Made by a program: the position numbers and the translations under genes. A stretch of 64,000 bases of DNA from Candidatus Iainarchaeum sp. Its GTDB lineage: Archaea > Iainarchaeota > Iainarchaeia > Iainarchaeales > VGJJ01. Position 1 is the first letter of the stretch, and the number at the start of each line of letters is the position of its first letter. Shown piece after piece: positions 48,089 through 56,619 of the stretch. The stretch is from contig JAUYHT010000008.1 in the NCBI GenBank assembly GCA_030688545.1, positions 84,608-148,607 on the forward strand, read 5' to 3'. The notes under the pieces were generated by a model that had not been told where the DNA came from, did not search any database, and was given only the letters and a program-made list of their open reading frames with translations.

Positions 48089-48778
48089 TCATTTCCTCAA
48101 TAATCTTTCCAATTTTTTCTTTTGTGTTTGCAGCAATCTTAGTTTTTCCCGCAGTAATTCGGGTGGCTCATTCCGGACCATCAAGTTGAATTCCTCCGCG
48201 AGATACAATTGGTTGGTATAAATATTGATATCAATAATGGTCTTCATCAAATTCTGAGAAATGTAATACTTTTTCAATCTGGAATAATATAATTTTTGAT
48301 TCGACTTACGAGCTATTGCCATCTGTCTAGAAATCACTTCTAATTCACTTTTCGCTTGTGCGGAATCATAGAGGTTATTCTCAATTTCGGTTGCCTTATG
48401 GATAGCGATAGATGGGTTTCCTCGGAAGGCATATGTCCATTTCAAATCCTTCATCTGTTGCATTTGAACGCCCATTTGCAATACCATATTATCCTGGAGC
48501 GATCCCGGATGCCTTTTCAACCAGGAAATAATCTTTGATATCCGCCGAATACGCAAGTCCGCATATTCCGACACCGCATTGGAGAAAGTAATTACGTTAA
48601 GGAGATTTAACACTATCCCATCAATGGAACGGAAATTTTGTAATGGCACATGACTCATTTTGCCTAATGTTTGCTTTAACCCCCGTATGTCCTCAGATAA
48701 AGGTTTAAGCTGTTTCCTTAGCTCGATCCACTTGTCCCGGGGATTTCGATCTCTCCTCCTATTGGGCTTTTTAGGCAT
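48089..48778 (-). CDS. basic hypothetical protein
   Basis: Coherent ORF; AT-richer than surroundings. Confidence 0.45.
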   Translation of the reverse strand: MPKKPNRRRDRNPRDKWIELRKQLKPLSEDIRGLKQTLGKMSHVPLQNFRSIDGIVLNLLNVITFSNAVSEYADLRIRRISKIISWLKRHPGSLQDNMVLQMGVQMQQMKDLKWTYAFRGNPSIAIHKATEIENNLYDSAQAKSELEVISRQMAIARKSNQKLYYSRLKKYYISQNLMKTIIDINIYTNQLYLAEEFNLMVRNEPPELLREKLRLLQTQKKKLERLLRK

Positions 48779-48821
48779 TAATGGGTTGGGAGATTGGAAT
48801 TTTTAACCTAATTGGTAAAAT

Positions 48822-49784
48822 TCAATTACCCATTTCCCGCTGGAAACGTCTAAGTGCCTTTTTGGAATATTCCAAGTCTTTCCGAATAATATCCCGCGTG
48901 CGTCCTTTGAACCGCAGTCCGGTCAGACGGAGGATTTTCAGCTCATATGTGAGGCGTTGAATATCACGGGAGTAATAATTGATTCCAGAGGTAAAAAATC
49001 GGTCGATCAATTGGGGGGAAGGGGATAGGTTTTTCTGTAATCTGTCTTGATGCGCGTCCATAGCTTCTACGAATTTCCTTTTCCAATCAATACCTTCAAG
49101 TGAATATCCTTCAAAAGCTTTAATCTCCGGTCCGATATTGAGCAATTGCTCAACTTTTCTCTTCTCTTTTCGCCATTCACTTTTCCAGGTCTCCAGATTC
49201 CGGATATATCGCTCTCGATATTTTGATGTCGCCCCGGTGAGGGAGGATGCGGATGTCAACCAATCCAATTCAATATCCAGCCGATTAATCTCAGCCTCAA
49301 TATATTTCACGTAAGCCGAATGAAACCCCAAAAGAACGGGAACGGCTCCCTTCAATTCACTAATCGTTTGGATCCTGATTTTTCCCATTCTATTGCGAGT
49401 CGTCCGGTATTCTCGGCGTTTTTCTTTTAGATCCGCTTCTCCCTCCGCCACTTTCCTTTGGTGCAATCGCCGAAGCGCCGCTAAACGATAGGTAATCGAA
49501 CGATACCGCCGATTCCTTCCAAATAGATTGACCATCAACTGGGAAGATCCTCGGTAATGAGAGGATAATGCTTGTTTCACCATATCGGGGTATACGCGCT
49601 CAACTGCCGATGTCCCGAAATAGATTGGTCTACGCGGCTCGGTCACCATATCCGGACGCATGACTATTCCGCGACGCCACACATTTGCACGCTTGGCTTC
49701 CCGCTCTAAAAAAGCCAAATCCCGCTTGGCTGTCTTCTTGGGATACGATCGTCTTTCTCTAGACCCCATGTTCCCCAATACCAT
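48822..49784 (-). CDS. basic/Arg-rich hypothetical protein
   Basis: Coherent ORF. Confidence 0.45.
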   Translation of the reverse strand: MVLGNMGSRERRSYPKKTAKRDLAFLEREAKRANVWRRGIVMRPDMVTEPRRPIYFGTSAVERVYPDMVKQALSSHYRGSSQLMVNLFGRNRRYRSITYRLAALRRLHQRKVAEGEADLKEKRREYRTTRNRMGKIRIQTISELKGAVPVLLGFHSAYVKYIEAEINRLDIELDWLTSASSLTGATSKYRERYIRNLETWKSEWRKEKRKVEQLLNIGPEIKAFEGYSLEGIDWKRKFVEAMDAHQDRLQKNLSPSPQLIDRFFTSGINYYSRDIQRLTYELKILRLTGLRFKGRTRDIIRKDLEYSKKALRRFQREMGN

Positions 49785-49800
49785 CGCGCGACTTTAAAGG

Positions 49801-50187
49801 GTGTCACTCCCACCAATATACATGATCCTCATCGCCACCATTGGTTCGGGAAAAGGGACGTGGGGACATGTCCAGCGGGTGATGAAAGAGGGGGATTGGG
49901 AGAAAACGCTGCTCATCGGGAACGATTGGAGTAAGGAGCATTTCTCTTTCCCGGAGGGGATGGATGTAGAATGGATCGTGCTCCATGCGCAGGAACCATT
50001 TGAGCAGATCAAGGAGCAGATCGCCGCCCGGTTGGATAAAAAATCGTATGGGGTGTGCCTGTCCTCGGGCAGCGGGAAGGAACATTCAGCCCTCCTCGCA
50101 GCGCTGCTGGAAAAAAGGGTGAAATGGTCCATCGCCTACCTTTCAAAAAGCCAGCTGGCCATCTACGGAGGGGAGAAGGATGCTTGA
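49801..50187 (+). CDS. hypothetical protein
   Basis: Overlaps the next gene by 8 nt (operon). Alternative start at MILIATIGSGKG. Confidence 0.45.
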   Translation: MSLPPIYMILIATIGSGKGTWGHVQRVMKEGDWEKTLLIGNDWSKEHFSFPEGMDVEWIVLHAQEPFEQIKEQIAARLDKKSYGVCLSSGSGKEHSALLAALLEKRVKWSIAYLSKSQLAIYGGEKDA

Positions 50188-50548
50188 ATGGGTGCTCGCC
50201 CTCCTGGTTCTCGTGCTCGCGGGAATCAGTTTCTTCCTCTACAAACGCGTGGAGGCGCTCAGCGCCTTTGCCAATGACCTGCAATTCGCCAAACAGAGTC
50301 AATCCGTGAAATATGGGAAAATGAGCGAGCACTGGATTCCTCTGTCAGAAAAATTTCCTTACGAGAAAGAACGCTTCCGCTTCCTCGGAAACCCCATCGA
50401 CGGCCTCGCATTCCTGGATGACAAAATCGTATTCTGCGAATTCAAAGCCAACACCAGCCGATTATCTTCCGTGCAGGACAATATCAAACGATTGGTGCAG
50501 GAGAAAAAGGTGGAGTGGTTGGAAATCCAGACGAAGGAAGGAGATTAG
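50180..50548 (+). CDS. membrane-anchored Hjc-like PD-(D/E)xK nuclease-fold protein
   Basis: N-terminal TM helix; IDGLAFLDDKIVFCEFKANTSRLSSVQDNIKRLVQE parallels the Hjc catalytic block PDAIALRGGKIYAFECKAWKKGSLHISHQQMNDLEAW in this window. Confidence 0.5.
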   Translation: MLEWVLALLVLVLAGISFFLYKRVEALSAFANDLQFAKQSQSVKYGKMSEHWIPLSEKFPYEKERFRFLGNPIDGLAFLDDKIVFCEFKANTSRLSSVQDNIKRLVQEKKVEWLEIQTKEGD

Positions 50549-50834
50549 CCTCTCCTACGTATCCTTCGAAGAAGTCCGGCCCCCCATTTTCGCAATCCAT
50601 ATTCTTTTCTTTCCTTTTCGATATGTGAATGCACCAAAATAGAAGGGTCTTGAGGGATGCTTTCCCCTTTTTCTCTCAACCTAAACCTTTTCATCAATTC
50701 GTATGCTTCCCCCCTCTCCAAGGGTGTCACCTTCAATTTTACATCGGGCCTCAGGTCTCCCTTTTTTTTTGGTTTTTTTTCATCCGGCATGGGAAAGGAA
50801 AAGGATATTTCCTATTTAACGATTTGTTTTTTCG

Positions 50835-51887
50835 CTATGAGTGCTCCACCCGGTACCGCAAAATAGCCGCGATGCCCCCTAAACCATCCAATTGCTTGCC
50901 CGGGTCGGAGTCCGAATCCAGGATGGGGGAAGGGATTCCCATGCGCTTGGCGAGCGCGAGAATAATGTCTACTCGTTCCCGATTGGAATCGTATAGGTTT
51001 TGGGAAACCAACACCCGGGAGGCCGCCCCCACCTCCACGGCGTATTCCACCTGCTTGAATCCATAGGTGGCCAACCCATCCTCTTTCCCCAAGTGGCGCA
51101 TCACCTCATCCACCGCCTGGGCGTGCCGGGACATCGCGTATTCTCCCACGGCCTTGGCGATGGCCTCCGAGGCAATGGCTTCCTTCACCCCCGACATCCC
51201 CGTGTCATGAGTGGGAATAGAGAGGAATTGTTTGTCGCCCTTAGGAAAGCGCTCTTGAAGGTACGCGAGCAAGGATTGTCGGGTGAAACCGGGCCCGGCA
51301 ATGACCATTTGACCAACAGGGGAATGCTGCAGGATGTCCGCGATGGATGAAAAATAGTCATCCGGTTTGGACTGGGAAGCATATTGCTTTCCCGATCGGT
51401 AGGCTTTCACCCGCGCGGACTCTTTCACTCCTACCCCCGAAACCTCCACGATCACGGCTTCCTCGTCATCCAACACGACACAAACCAATTTGGCTTTCTT
51501 GCTATCCGCTTCTATCTGACGTAGGCGCTCGATTTCATGAGCGGGCAAACGTGTTTTTTTCACCGCGATGGGTTGACGCACCCCGAATACCAGGGAATGC
51601 ATGGCATGCAATTCAACAAATTCTCCGGGTGAGCCGGATTCGATCGAGCCGGTGACACGGAGCTGGGACGAATGAGCATCCACCTCCACCTTATTGGTTT
51701 TGAGGGAGAGGAACATCTTCAACCGGAAGGGTTTCTGCCCCACCTCCTTGGGCTTGATGAGGCGATCCGTCTCCCCACTCACTAAATCTCCCGGATGAAT
51801 GAGCTGGGATACCAAACGTAATTCGTCCGAGGAATGGCACTCGACCTTGAAAGAAAACTCATCTGGCCGCAATGAAAGGATACGCAT
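50835..51887 (-). CDS. pelA: Pelota (Dom34) mRNA-surveillance / ribosome-rescue factor
   Basis: N-terminal MRILSLRPDEF...DELRLVSQLIHPGDLV and eRF1-like central and C-terminal domains. The track ORF extends upstream to 52025. Confidence 0.8.
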   Translation of the reverse strand: MRILSLRPDEFSFKVECHSSDELRLVSQLIHPGDLVSGETDRLIKPKEVGQKPFRLKMFLSLKTNKVEVDAHSSQLRVTGSIESGSPGEFVELHAMHSLVFGVRQPIAVKKTRLPAHEIERLRQIEADSKKAKLVCVVLDDEEAVIVEVSGVGVKESARVKAYRSGKQYASQSKPDDYFSSIADILQHSPVGQMVIAGPGFTRQSLLAYLQERFPKGDKQFLSIPTHDTGMSGVKEAIASEAIAKAVGEYAMSRHAQAVDEVMRHLGKEDGLATYGFKQVEYAVEVGAASRVLVSQNLYDSNRERVDIILALAKRMGIPSPILDSDSDPGKQLDGLGGIAAILRYRVEHS

Positions 51888-51947
51888 ACATAGGTCGAAA
51901 GGGCGCAGGGGGCTTAAAAAACGAGGGGAGGGTAGAATAAATACGAT

Positions 51948-52145
51948 ATGCGTCCCCTCACCAAGATAGGATGGTTCACCCTGGCAGTAGGATGGGTTAT
52001 CCTGGGGATCGTTTTCATCGCGCACAATGGGATGAATGACCCTATGGCCGCCCTCTTATGGATGTTAGGTCACCTCGTCTGGGGAGGCATTATCCTGGGA
52101 GGGTTGCTGTTCATCCTCATGGCGGTCCTCTTCCTTTCCGCTTAA
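51948..52145 (+). CDS. small 2-TM membrane protein
   Basis: 65 aa, two hydrophobic helices; immediately upstream of ABCE1. Confidence 0.4.
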   Translation: MRPLTKIGWFTLAVGWVILGIVFIAHNGMNDPMAALLWMLGHLVWGGIILGGLLFILMAVLFLSA

Positions 52146-52163
52146 CCATAAGGAAAACCCATC

Positions 52164-53936
52164 ATGAGCCTCAAACGAATCGCCGTCATCGATCACGCGA
52201 AGTGCTTTCCCGACAAGTGCAACTGGCTCTGCCAGCGCAAATGCCCGGTGAACCGAGTGGGAAAGGACTGCATTACTCAAAATACCTCATTGTTCAAGGC
52301 CCAGATATCGGAAGAATTATGCACGGGCTGCGGCATCTGCCCAAAAGTATGCCCCTTCGGGGCCATCACCATCATCAACCTGGACGTGGATTTTGGAAAC
52401 CCCATCCACTCCTATGGGGTTAATTTCTTCCGGTTGCATAAACTCCCCATCCCCCGCGCCCAAAACGTGGTGGGCATCGTGGGACGGAATGGAACGGGCA
52501 AAACCACCGCCCTCCGCATCCTATCAGGACAGATGCCTCCCAACCTGGGAGACTATGATCAAAAACCCACATATGGGGGAGCAGTGGAGGCCTTCCGCGG
52601 AAAAGAATTGCAGCATGTCTTCTCCCGCCTGCGGGATGGGACGCATACCCTTTCCATTAAACCCCAGGACGTAGAAAGGATCCCGCGACATTTCCAAGGG
52701 AGCGTGCGGGAATTGTTACACACCATTTCCCCAGAAAAAACGGATGCCACGGTGCACGCCCTTGGGTTAGAAAATATCCTCGACCGGGGTATTGAACAAT
52801 TATCGGGAGGGGAACTCCAGAAAGTGGCCCTCGCCGTGTGCGGAATGAAGGACGCCACCACCTATTACATCGACGAACCATCCTCCTTCCTGGATATCCG
52901 GGAACGCTTACGCATCGCCGGCTATATCCGGGGCCTCCTTGGAAATGATAGGGGGGTTATGGTCATCGAGCACGACCTAATCCTATTGGATTACCTCTCG
53001 GATTCGATTCACCTCATGTTCGGTGAACCCGCTGTATTCGGGGTCGTTTCGAGCGTCCATCCCACGCGGGAGGGTATCAATATGTATCTCGATGGTTATG
53101 CTAAAGACGAAAATTTCAGGTTCCGAAACCATTCCATCACCTTCATGGAACGCGGAGCGCGCGACTTTACCAAAACAACCCCTCTCATCCACTGGCCATC
53201 CTTCAAAGTCAAGCAGGGCCCGTTCACATTGGACGCGGAACCAGGGCACCTGGGAAAGAACGAAGTGATTGGGATATTAGGACCGAATGGAATAGGAAAA
53301 ACCACCTTCATCAAGGCCCTCGCGGGACTGCTCACTCCGGAAGAAGGAGTGTTGCCCCTGCACATGCCGGTGGCCTATAAACCCCAGTATGTGGAACCCA
53401 TTCCTGGAATGACGGTGGAATCCTATTTACGAACCCGCTTAACGGGAGCGGCCCGGGAGGCCCGTCATTTACTCGTGGAACCCCTCCACCTTCCCTCATT
53501 GTATGAGAAGGAGATGCAAACCCTCTCCGGAGGAGAATTGCAGCGCGTGGCCATCGCCGGGGCATTGGGAAGCGATGCCCCGCTCATTCTATTGGATGAA
53601 CCCAGCGCCAACCTTGATGTGGAACAGCGCCTCCAAGCCGCCCACGCCATCCGGAGCATCGTGGATGCGTTTGATAAAACCGCGTTGGTGGTGGACCATG
53701 ATCTCCTCTTCATGGATTTCGTATCGGATAGATTACTCCTATTCGATGGCGAACCCTCCACCCATGGAAACGTTCGCGGACCCATGGGGATGGAGGAAGG
53801 GATGAATGGACTATTATCCCAATTAGGTATCACTCTGCGCCGCGACCAGCACTCCAAACGCCCCCGCATCAACAAACCGGGAAGCGTTAAGGATACCGAG
53901 CAAAAAAAGACGGGGCAATATTACTACACCAAATGA
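52164..53936 (+). CDS. abcE1: ABCE1 / RNase L inhibitor (ribosome-recycling ABC ATPase with N-terminal 4Fe-4S domain)
   Basis: Two ferredoxin-like Cys clusters (CFPDKCNWLCQRKCP, CTGCGICPKVCP) followed by twin ABC cassettes (GRNGTGKTT / GPNGIGKTT, LSGGELQ signatures). Confidence 0.9.
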   Translation: MSLKRIAVIDHAKCFPDKCNWLCQRKCPVNRVGKDCITQNTSLFKAQISEELCTGCGICPKVCPFGAITIINLDVDFGNPIHSYGVNFFRLHKLPIPRAQNVVGIVGRNGTGKTTALRILSGQMPPNLGDYDQKPTYGGAVEAFRGKELQHVFSRLRDGTHTLSIKPQDVERIPRHFQGSVRELLHTISPEKTDATVHALGLENILDRGIEQLSGGELQKVALAVCGMKDATTYYIDEPSSFLDIRERLRIAGYIRGLLGNDRGVMVIEHDLILLDYLSDSIHLMFGEPAVFGVVSSVHPTREGINMYLDGYAKDENFRFRNHSITFMERGARDFTKTTPLIHWPSFKVKQGPFTLDAEPGHLGKNEVIGILGPNGIGKTTFIKALAGLLTPEEGVLPLHMPVAYKPQYVEPIPGMTVESYLRTRLTGAAREARHLLVEPLHLPSLYEKEMQTLSGGELQRVAIAGALGSDAPLILLDEPSANLDVEQRLQAAHAIRSIVDAFDKTALVVDHDLLFMDFVSDRLLLFDGEPSTHGNVRGPMGMEEGMNGLLSQLGITLRRDQHSKRPRINKPGSVKDTEQKKTGQYYYTK

Positions 53937-54023
53937 TTTTCCGTCCCAATGGATTATCAAAAAATCCATACTACACCAAAATATCTTGATAGAAACGGGG
54001 ATATTGGCGTGCGTGACGCGTAT

Positions 54024-54827
54024 CTAATCCGAATGTTCTATCTTCGTCATCAGATGCCCGCGCAACCCCGCGTGGTGGCGGGACGCGTACTCATGCCCCC
54101 GCACCAATTCAAAACGGCGCATATAGAGAATCGTCTTGAGAATCTCAATGAAAGGAATGACCAAAACAAACATGAGAACAAGAGTGATGTACCGCCCCAC
54201 GAAAAGAATGGAATCGATTCCCGCCTCAACCAAAGGAAGTAACCCCACGAGCAGGGTGGACACCACCAGGATCAACAGGAAATCCTTGGGATACTTGAAG
54301 ATCACATACCAATTGGTCTTGATGGCCTCGATGATGGGCTTCTCATCCACCACCAAAGACTGGGGGACGAAAATGAATGATAATGAGACCAGGAACAACG
54401 CGAGGTTGATCCAAACGATATCCAAACCCAGGAACAGCCCGGCGCTCACCACCAGAACAAAGAGGAGGCTGAGTAGAACAAAATAGATGAACATGGTGAG
54501 GAAGAAATGCTCCATCATGTCCCGCAGATACCGCTTCACGGGGACATGGGAAAGGTCATTGCGCACCGCGAGCAACAACAAGGAGAGGAGGATGGCATAC
54601 ATCGCCAGGAAAACCAATGAGCCCCCGACTAGGGCCGCCACCACTTCCACGGACAAAAGACTAAATGAATAATCAAAGAAAATCGTGCCATCCAGGAGAG
54701 CGGTGTTGTTGAACTGCTGGAAGAAGAACACGAACACCAGTAATATGGCGAAAGAGAGGCTAATCCTCAGGTTATTTCGATAAAGCTCCCAAACCTGCCC
54801 CCACCACTCGGATTCAGTCCGCGCCAT
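54024..54827 (-). CDS. polytopic membrane protein (hypothetical)
   Basis: 6-7 hydrophobic helices. Confidence 0.55.
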   Translation of the reverse strand: MARTESEWWGQVWELYRNNLRISLSFAILLVFVFFFQQFNNTALLDGTIFFDYSFSLLSVEVVAALVGGSLVFLAMYAILLSLLLLAVRNDLSHVPVKRYLRDMMEHFFLTMFIYFVLLSLLFVLVVSAGLFLGLDIVWINLALFLVSLSFIFVPQSLVVDEKPIIEAIKTNWYVIFKYPKDFLLILVVSTLLVGLLPLVEAGIDSILFVGRYITLVLMFVLVIPFIEILKTILYMRRFELVRGHEYASRHHAGLRGHLMTKIEHSD

Positions 54828-55015
54828 GCTTACACCAAGGCATTATCGGGTTAAAAGCCTGCCATTCAACCGCAGGGAATCCTGTTCCTCCCCTCGGAAA
54901 AAATAGGCCCTTACAACATAAAACAGGAGGAGTTCCCTTCCTCAAAAAATTCAGGAAGAAGCGGGGACCGCATAGACTGTTATCAGCAACCACTCGCAAA
55001 CAAATTTTAATGGTG

Positions 55016-55876
55016 TTAATCCTCATCATAGTGGCGCCTCATTTCGATGTTTAGCCTTTGTCCAGCCAATAGGCCTTTTGCCATCCCGCGGATATGTTGA
55101 TAAAAATAATCGTCTCTCTTTCCTAATCCTTTGAAATACGCATTTAATGCCAGTTCAAAGTCTTCTGGCGTCCTGAAGAGATAGTAATTACCAATGACGT
55201 GCCATGCCTCATGCAAAAAGTGATAGAATTCAGATAGTTTTGCTTTTTCGTACCCCTCTTGGTAAGCGGGAACAAATAGTTTCTTGCTTTTTCTTTTTTC
55301 TACCTCCTCTTTAGTTAACATCTGTTTGGTGTCGAGGACGGTGACTCGTGACCCATCAATGATAAAGTTGCCCATATGTGGATGTCCATGCCATATCCCG
55401 ACACGGTGCATCTTTCCGATGGTTTCAGCAATTTTTAATCCGATTTCTCTTTTTTGGTCAGCCGACATTTTTTGGTTGTTGAACGCTTCCTGTCCGCTTG
55501 TTCCCTTCACAAAACGGAATACGTGAAAACGTCTCTTTTTAGCGTCAACATATGATGCCAAAGGGGATTCCACGCGTACTCTTCGGCCTATTGCCATAAC
55601 AGCAGATACAAGAGCGCCTCGCTCACCTTTGAGTTCCCGATCAAGCATGTAGGAGTTTCTCCACCTCTTTAACGCTTCTGCATTTTTTATCACTAATTTC
55701 ATGCCGCTGGGAGTTTCCACTTGCATGGGATATTCATACGGGAATTCTTTTCCTAATGCTTTTTTCACTATTCTCCATTTTGACGGGTCGCGCAACTCAG
55801 GTCTATTTTCACGATAAATGATGGCGCGAATCGAGGAATGCGGTCTGCGCGCACGGGCAAAAGATTTTCCTTGCAT
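55016..55876 (-). CDS. protein-kinase-like fold protein (Kdo/LPS-kinase or RIO/Bud32-like)
   Basis: HRVGIWHGHPHMGNFIIDGSRVTVLD resembles the catalytic-loop/DFG-equivalent region of Kdo-type kinases. Confidence 0.5.
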   Translation of the reverse strand: MQGKSFARARRPHSSIRAIIYRENRPELRDPSKWRIVKKALGKEFPYEYPMQVETPSGMKLVIKNAEALKRWRNSYMLDRELKGERGALVSAVMAIGRRVRVESPLASYVDAKKRRFHVFRFVKGTSGQEAFNNQKMSADQKREIGLKIAETIGKMHRVGIWHGHPHMGNFIIDGSRVTVLDTKQMLTKEEVEKRKSKKLFVPAYQEGYEKAKLSEFYHFLHEAWHVIGNYYLFRTPEDFELALNAYFKGLGKRDDYFYQHIRGMAKGLLAGQRLNIEMRRHYDED

Positions 55877-55924
55877 AGGCTAGTTGGCTTTTTTGATTAT
55901 ATAAAATTTTGCAAGTAGTCCTTT

Positions 55925-56491
55925 CTACGTAGAAGCAGGGGCCGTGTGCGCGGCTTCCTTGGTATGGTGGGGCAGGGGCTCATCCCAATACCGATGAATG
56001 ATGACGAAAGAAACCCACCCCAGCAACCCCGCGAGCACGAATAGGAAGAAGGGTGACTTGAGGAGGAAATCAAGAAAGTTCTGCATCACGAAATCAATCG
56101 TAGGACTCAACGAGACGATGCCGGGGTATGCGTCTCCCTTATTGAGGGCCACTAGAAACGCATTGTTCCAATAATAACCCACCATGGAAAAGAACCAGGC
56201 CACATACCCTAACACCACCCACATCAAAGCAAACGGAATGGATAGAACAAAATCGTCCTTGAAATGAAGGGCATACCATTCCATCCCCAGCCAAACAAAA
56301 ATGAACCCAATCAAAGGAATCCCCCAGAACAAGGGGTCCACGAACAAGTATCCCTGGAGGGGCACTCCTTGGAATAGGGAATGACCATAGGCATCCCACT
56401 TGGGAAGGAAATCAAACACAAGATAAACAAGATACAAAATGACATACGTCAAAACAAGGAAAATGCCTATCTTCATGGGACGCGCGACCAT
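55925..56491 (-). CDS. membrane protein (hypothetical)
   Basis: Multiple hydrophobic helices, Trp/Tyr-rich. Confidence 0.5.
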   Translation of the reverse strand: MVARPMKIGIFLVLTYVILYLVYLVFDFLPKWDAYGHSLFQGVPLQGYLFVDPLFWGIPLIGFIFVWLGMEWYALHFKDDFVLSIPFALMWVVLGYVAWFFSMVGYYWNNAFLVALNKGDAYPGIVSLSPTIDFVMQNFLDFLLKSPFFLFVLAGLLGWVSFVIIHRYWDEPLPHHTKEAAHTAPAST

Positions 56492-56619
56492 ATGCTTCCA
56501 TTACAAGCCCAATGCCATAAAAACCCCATCTCCACTCCCCTCCAACACCCATCCTTCACTCACAATGGCTCTGCCCCCGGCGTACCCTAAAAAACCCAAT
56601 AGGGGATTAAGCATCTTGC

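Noticed and set aside
50752-50779. T10 and T8 homopolymer runs
   Set aside because: Considered as possible repeat or CRISPR-like structure. They are simple homopolymers with no repeat-spacer periodicity, and no CRISPR array is present anywhere in the window.
50545-50790. 81-aa Lys-rich ORF in the pelota/nuclease convergent intergenic region
   Set aside because: The N-terminal Lys run is encoded by poly-A tracts (the complement of T10/T8 runs at about 50752-50780), which are more plausibly oligo-T terminators for the convergent genes. No motif supports a protein.
53949-54242. ORF 53949..54242 (+), 97 aa
   Set aside because: It overlaps the 3' part of the polytopic membrane protein gene 54024..54827 on the other strand and has no supporting features.
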